A stretch of DNA of 25,734 bases from an uncultured Candidatus Marinamargulisbacteria bacterium. GTDB lineage: Bacteria > Margulisbacteria > Riflemargulisbacteria > GWF2-35-9. Positions 23,802 to 25,734 of the stretch are shown here, in pieces. The notes beneath the pieces are model-generated. The model was not told where the DNA came from, did no database searches, and saw nothing but the letters and a program-made list of their open reading frames with translations. Positions within the stretch are counted from its first letter, which is position 1. Each line of letters opens with the position of its first letter. The stretch lies in NCBI GenBank assembly GCA_903910705.1, contig CAIWAN010000025.1, forward strand, positions 1 through 25,734. Direction: 5' to 3'. Position numbers and translations under genes: made by a program.

Positions 23802-25104
23802 TTTAAAACCCTATTTCGCCAAAGTTAAGCATACGCGAACCTTGATCCCCCAAGGTCGTATCGTTGATGTCACGGGGCTCGTCATCGGGGCTACAGGGCC
23901 TCGCGTACCGGTGGGTGAGATCTGTCGCGTGTATAGCCGATACAAGAAAACCTCCATCCTTGCCGAGATCGTGGGGTTTCGGGATGACCGTGTCTTATTG
24001 ATGCCACTCGGGGATATGGCAGGTATCAGCTCGGGTGATATTGTCGAATCAACGGGTGATAGTCTCAAAATTGGGGTGTCGCAGTCGTGTTTGGGACGCG
24101 TGTTTTCGGGTCTGGGCGATCCGATGGATGACCAACCGCCGATCATTCCCGATCGATTGATGTCGATCTATGCGAGCCCCCCCAGCCCCCTTAAACGAAC
24201 GCGTATCAAGCAGCCACTCAGTGTGGGCGTAAAGGCCTTGGATGGATGTTTGACGGTGGGCAAGGGGCAACGAATTGGGATCTTTTCGGGGTCAGGGGTG
24301 GGGAAGTCTACCCTTCTTGGGATGGTGGCCCGCAATACCGAGGCCGATATCAATGTCATTGCCTTAATTGGTGAGCGAGGCCGCGAGGTGAAGGAGTTTA
24401 TCGAAGAATCTCTGGGGGTCGAGGGGCTCAAAAAGTCCGTGGTCATCGTCGCCACGTCTGACCAACCTGCGTTGATCCGAGTCAAAGCCGCCTTTACCGC
24501 AACCGCGATGGCTGAATATTTTCGTGACCAAGGAAAGAACGTCCTCCTCATGATGGACTCCGTGACCCGATTTTCGATGGCCCAACGCGAGATCGGTTTG
24601 ACGATCGGCGAGCCCCCCACAACGAAAGGCTATCCCCCTTCTGTTTTTGCCTTGATGCCGCAATTGATGGAACGAGCGGGCAACAGTGATGTCGGAAGCA
24701 TTACCGGCATCTACACGGTCTTGGTCGACTCTGATGACATGAACGAACCCATTGCCGACACGGCCCGAAGTATTCTCGATGGTCATGTGGTGCTGGATCG
24801 AAAGATCGCCGCGAAGAATATTTGGCCTGCGGTGGATGTATTAAACAGCATTAGTCGGGTCATGCCGGAGGTGGTGTCTAAAGAGCATATGCAAGCAAAT
24901 TATGCGCTTCGTGAACTGCTTGCGACCTATCGAGACGCCGAAGACCTTATCAATATTGGGGCGTACGTGGATGGGAGTAACCCCAAGATCGACCGTGCCA
25001 AGAAGATGGTCGACCCGATCCTGTCCTTTTTGCGACAATCGATCGACGAAGCGCCCCCGTTTGCCGATGTGGTCAATCAACTCACGAAAATGTTTAACCT
25101 ATGA
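23788..25104 (+). CDS. fliI: Flagellum-specific ATP synthase FliI
   Basis: GQRIGIFSGSGVGKSTLLGMVARNT, ALIGERGREVKEFIEESLG, LMMDSVTRFSMAQREIGL. Confidence 0.96.
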   Translation: MTPLNLKPYFAKVKHTRTLIPQGRIVDVTGLVIGATGPRVPVGEICRVYSRYKKTSILAEIVGFRDDRVLLMPLGDMAGISSGDIVESTGDSLKIGVSQSCLGRVFSGLGDPMDDQPPIIPDRLMSIYASPPSPLKRTRIKQPLSVGVKALDGCLTVGKGQRIGIFSGSGVGKSTLLGMVARNTEADINVIALIGERGREVKEFIEESLGVEGLKKSVVIVATSDQPALIRVKAAFTATAMAEYFRDQGKNVLLMMDSVTRFSMAQREIGLTIGEPPTTKGYPPSVFALMPQLMERAGNSDVGSITGIYTVLVDSDDMNEPIADTARSILDGHVVLDRKIAAKNIWPAVDVLNSISRVMPEVVSKEHMQANYALRELLATYRDAEDLINIGAYVDGSNPKIDRAKKMVDPILSFLRQSIDEAPPFADVVNQLTKMFNL

Positions 25105-25553
25105 AAAAATTCGTCTACAGTCTTCAGCGGGTTCTGACGTTGCGAGAAAAGCGAGAAGAGTTGCTTAAGCAGGAGATGAGCCGTCTTATCTTTAAGCGCA
25201 ATCAACACGACCATGTGAAGTTCTATTTTGAGAAGCAGTTAAACGATGAGTATGAAAAGCAACGGACAACAACCTCGTTTATTGTAGCGGACCGCGTTCA
25301 ATTAGATCATCATCTGTCCGAGACACGGGGGCAAATTTATCATCAGAAGCTCCTCATTGCCGAGTATGAGGCCAAGATCGAAGCGAAGCGCCTTGAGATC
25401 CTTGAGAATCGAAAGTCCATCCGAACGCTTGAACAACTTAAGGAACGCAAATGGGATCAATATCAGTACGAGACACTCCTCGATGAACGCAAGACCATGG
25501 ACGAGATCGCTAATCGGGCAGTGGTCGTGGGGCACTTCGACTTCGCTCAGTGA
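25101..25553 (+). CDS. fliJ: Flagellar FliJ-like protein
   Basis: Coiled-coil, FVYSLQRVLTLREKREE, directly after fliI with an ATGA overlap. Confidence 0.8.
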   Translation: MKKFVYSLQRVLTLREKREELLKQEMSRLIFKRNQHDHVKFYFEKQLNDEYEKQRTTTSFIVADRVQLDHHLSETRGQIYHQKLLIAEYEAKIEAKRLEILENRKSIRTLEQLKERKWDQYQYETLLDERKTMDEIANRAVVVGHFDFAQ

Positions 25554-25596
25554 CCCCAAACACCTCAGTGACCCCAGACACCTCAGTGACCCCAGG
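25546..25596 (+). repeat. 18-bp tandem repeat, about 2.8 copies (CTCAGTGACCCCARACAC)
   Basis: Units at 25546-25563, 25564-25581, 25582-25596; the first unit contains the fliJ stop codon. Confidence 0.85.
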
Positions 25597-25660
25597 ATAC
25601 TGTAACATTCTTTCTGTAAAATTCAAAAAACGCCCATAGTCGCACTTGGGTACATGTGTG

Positions 25661-25675
25661 CAACTCAAAGAGTTG
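25661..25675. repeat. Small perfect hairpin CAACTC-AAA-GAGTTG
   Basis: 6-bp stem, 3-nt loop; wobble pairs could extend it. Confidence 0.5.
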
Positions 25676-25734
25676 TGCATCATGTGCACAAGTTGACGAA
25701 GTGGGTCAAAAGGTTTTCCATAGTGTTTGAGAAA

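Noticed and set aside
24168-24786. Two long minus-strand ORFs opposite fliI (24168-24620, 24364-24786)
   Set aside because: Both are antisense to a strongly conserved ATPase; explained by codon composition.
25357-25605. 82-aa ORF reading through the tandem repeat (SDPKHLSDPRHLSDPRIL)
   Set aside because: Alternate frame of fliJ; the repeated peptide is simply the 18-bp DNA repeat translated.

Overview
Ordinary-looking bacterial chromosomal window. Main contents, left to right: a GT87-like membrane glycosyltransferase and a J-domain (DjlA-like) protein (-); an FMN reductase-like flavoprotein; a yifB/comM - PilN-like - small membrane protein - short secretin operon, followed by a RHH/RelE-type toxin-antitoxin pair; a DUF6530-like protein (-); an AT-rich stretch with a coiled-coil membrane protein that may be frameshifted; a first AAA-ATPase/DUF4143 gene; a (-) operon of two tandem thymidylate kinase-like genes, family 4 uracil-DNA glycosylase and nitrilase; a FecCD/BtuC-type ABC pair; a GAF-like/Fis-HTH protein; a second AAA-ATPase/DUF4143 gene (-); HAD phosphatase (-); secG; a YkgJ-like Cys-cluster protein; a MerR regulator (-); and a flagellar operon flgB-flgC-fliF-fliG-fliH-fliI-fliJ. 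The observations I rate highest are: (i) both DUF4143 ATPase genes are bounded by exact direct repeats (18 bp and 46 bp exact, 56 bp with 2 mismatches), the repeat sequence differing between the two; (ii) a recurring promoter-start geometry with a -10-like hexamer only 6-9 nt from the start codon (flgB, merR, tmk-like, Fis-like, DnaJ-like and DUF4143 #2), which predicts leaderless mRNAs; (iii) two divergent intergenic regions where opposing -10 hexamers are offset by 1 bp; (iv) a tandem thymidylate kinase pair where one copy has lost the Asp-Arg motif; (v) no fliE between flgC and fliF; (vi) an 11-C homopolymer within the 5' part of the ABC ATPase ORF. I found no CRISPR array, rRNA, tRNA, transposase or prophage by eye. 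All family names come from motif recognition, not database searches.
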